This document shows positions 61,906 through 64,000 of a DNA stretch of 64,000 bases, piece after piece. The translations under genes were made by a program, and so were the position numbers. The stretch's first letter is position 1. The number at the start of each line of letters is the position of its first letter. Source of the DNA: Squalus acanthias (taxonomy: Eukaryota). The notes under the pieces are model-generated. The model saw only the letters and a program-made list of their open reading frames with translations. It had not been told where the DNA came from and did no database searches. The DNA lies in contig CM059433.1 in assembly GCA_030390025.1 (NCBI GenBank), positions 10,666,001-10,730,000 on the forward strand, given 5' to 3'.

Positions 61906-62496
61906 GACCACTCAGGCAAGGTGTCAATGGGTTGTTGGCACCTATGGAACCAGAGCACAGCAAGAGCTGGAGCCGTTGGTGGGGGTTGGGGTAGAAACCC
62001 GTTATGTAGAAGCAGGCTGTAGGTAACGTAGGCTTTATATATGGAAACATTGGTAATCTGGGCAAAGAGTAATGTATCAGGAGTTAGATGGTAACAGTTC
62101 TTCGTGAAGAGCAATGGGCTCTGGGAATAATCAATACAGGCCGCAGATAGATGTGGCTTGAGATTCTCCATTTTGATTCACATTCATCACCATCCCTTTT
62201 ATTGGAATTGTAGAAGTATCATTTTTCTTTTGAAAGTTATTTTATTTTTTTCAATCAATAATTTATTTCCTGACGGTTTTTGCCTTTTCAATCTTTCTGA
62301 ATACACGGAACAATCACTTTCTGGCTTATCCTGAATTTAGGAGTTTCACCCCAAATTGACAGGCAGATTGTTCACAGAAAGTCCCACTAAAACACAACAC
62401 ATTCTACACACTTCTGGCGACTATCATGCTTTTTTTCTCTCCAATTTACCTCTCCTGTGTAAAGGTAGACATATGTCATCTCAGGTGGTCATTCTT

Positions 62497-62973
62497 CATA
62501 GAAACATAGAAACATAGAAGATAGGAGCAGGAGTAGGCCATTTGGCCCTTCGAGCCTGCTCCGCCATTTAATGAGATGATGGCTGATCATCCAAATTCAG
62601 TACCCTGTCCCTGCTTTCTCCCCATATCCCTTGATCCTTTCGCCTTAAGAAATATATCTAACTCCTTCTTGAATATATTTAATGAATTGGCCTCAACTGC
62701 CTTCTGTGGTAGAGAATTCCACAGGTTCACCACTCTCTGGGTGAAGAAATTCCTCCTCATCTCAGTCCTAAATGGCTTACCCCTTATGCTTAGACTGTGA
62801 CCCCTGGTTCTGGACTCCCCCACCATCAGGAACATCCTTCCTGCATCTAGTCTGTCTAGTCCTGTTAGAATTTTATAAGTTTCAATGAGATCCCCTCTCA
62901 TTCTTCTAAACTCTAGCGAATATAAGCCTAATCGACCCAATCTCTCTTCATACGTCATTCCTGCCATCCCAGG
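62497..62973 (-). mobile_element. CR1 LINE 3' end inserted in the ancient SINE-like repeat
   Basis: GMAGMTYEERLGRLG; ttcata repeated at 62495-62500 and 62974-62979. Confidence 0.93.
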
Positions 62974-63079
62974 TTCATATGCGAGTCTGGATAGGAAGTC
63001 TTGACAGATTATTTAACCATAGGTATCACAGCTAAGTCCAGCTGTGCCCTCACCCAACTCTACCTGAGATGTGGTACTG

Positions 63080-63730
63080 AGCCACACAAAAAGGTCAATA
63101 CCATTTTGGTTTCATAAATAGAGACAAAAGACTGAAGAAGTACGAATACATTTGTACAAAGTATTGGTTACACCACAGTTAGAGTGTACTGTGTGCAGTT
63201 TTGGGCACACCTTTATATGAAAGGCATTAAAGCTATCAAGAGCGTATTGTCCAGGACTATGCCAGTGACGGGAAACTATCGTTATGAGGAGAGACTTGAG
63301 ATACCGGGGCTATTTCCACTGGAGCAGAGGAGGTTAAGAGGAGATTTAATCAAAGTTTTTATAATTATGAACGATTTTGATAGAGAGAATAGAGAAGGAC
63401 TACTTCCTCTAGTTGGGCAGTCAATGATGAGGGGTCATCAATTTAAAATCATTACAAAGAGAGTGAGGAGAGAGGTCAGGAGAAATTTCTTGACATAGAG
63501 GGTTGTTGGAACATGAATGCTTTGCCACAAGGAGTGGTTGAAGCAGAGAACATTGTATATTTTAAGAAAAAATTGGATAAGTATTTGAAGCAGAGGAAGG
63601 TACAGGGCTATGGGGAGACAGGAGAGCAGTGGAAGTAGTTTTGGATTGCTCTAGCAAAGACCTGGCACAAATACAATTGGCCAAATGACATCCTTCTGTG
63701 CTGCAAACTTCTGGGTTCTATGGTTCTATG
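63080..63730 (+). mobile_element. Old degenerate CR1 3' end
   Basis: YCVQFW...LEQRRLRGDLI; ttctatggttctatg tail. Confidence 0.85.
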
Positions 63731-64000
63731 AGCCATATAGAGTAGGGTTCAATCTAAGCCGAGTACTAAGGTGGTCCCATGCTGGGCCAATCAGTTGGGG
63801 TACTAAAATGAACCTCAGGCCACCTTGGGCTAGGAAGAGAAAATGCAGCCAGAGTTTCCACATCTGATCGCTATCTACTGAACGGTGCTGGAAAATTATA
63901 TTTGTGGAAGTCAAGTAAGGGCTAGATTTGACTGTGTTGCTCCACATAATTGTATAGCCCGTGGTCCTTCACGGTATAGGCTCAAACATGAAGAATGGCC

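Overview
Eukaryotic, intron/intergenic-type DNA, roughly half transposon-derived. The repeat complement points to a cartilaginous fish, probably a shark (inference from repeat families): CR1/HER1-type LINEs with (CTATGTTT)n tails, SacSINE1-like Deu-domain SINEs, HE1-like V-SINEs, Penelope elements, RTE, L2, a Gypsy remnant, and many PIF/Harbinger derivatives and MITEs. No host gene could be named. One credible GC3-rich terminal coding exon lies on the minus strand (601-763), with a weak candidate upstream exon at 51237-51325. Almost all other ORFs in the track are TE fragments or noise. The most notable structures are: (1) a perfect 122-bp-arm Penelope hairpin insertion with a minimal hammerhead ribozyme on each strand, a 3' tail and a 12-bp TSD, plus five other hammerhead motifs; (2) a ~750-bp 3-bp-TSD element in two copies whose hairpins show compensatory base changes and which carries promoter motifs and splice-donor arrays; (3) a Harbinger element that lost its transposase but kept a spliced, in-frame Myb/SANT gene, later split by a CR1; (4) enhancer-like unique blocks, including six TGACA sites in 116 bp. 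Boundaries of old repeats are approximate and family names come from recognition, not database search.
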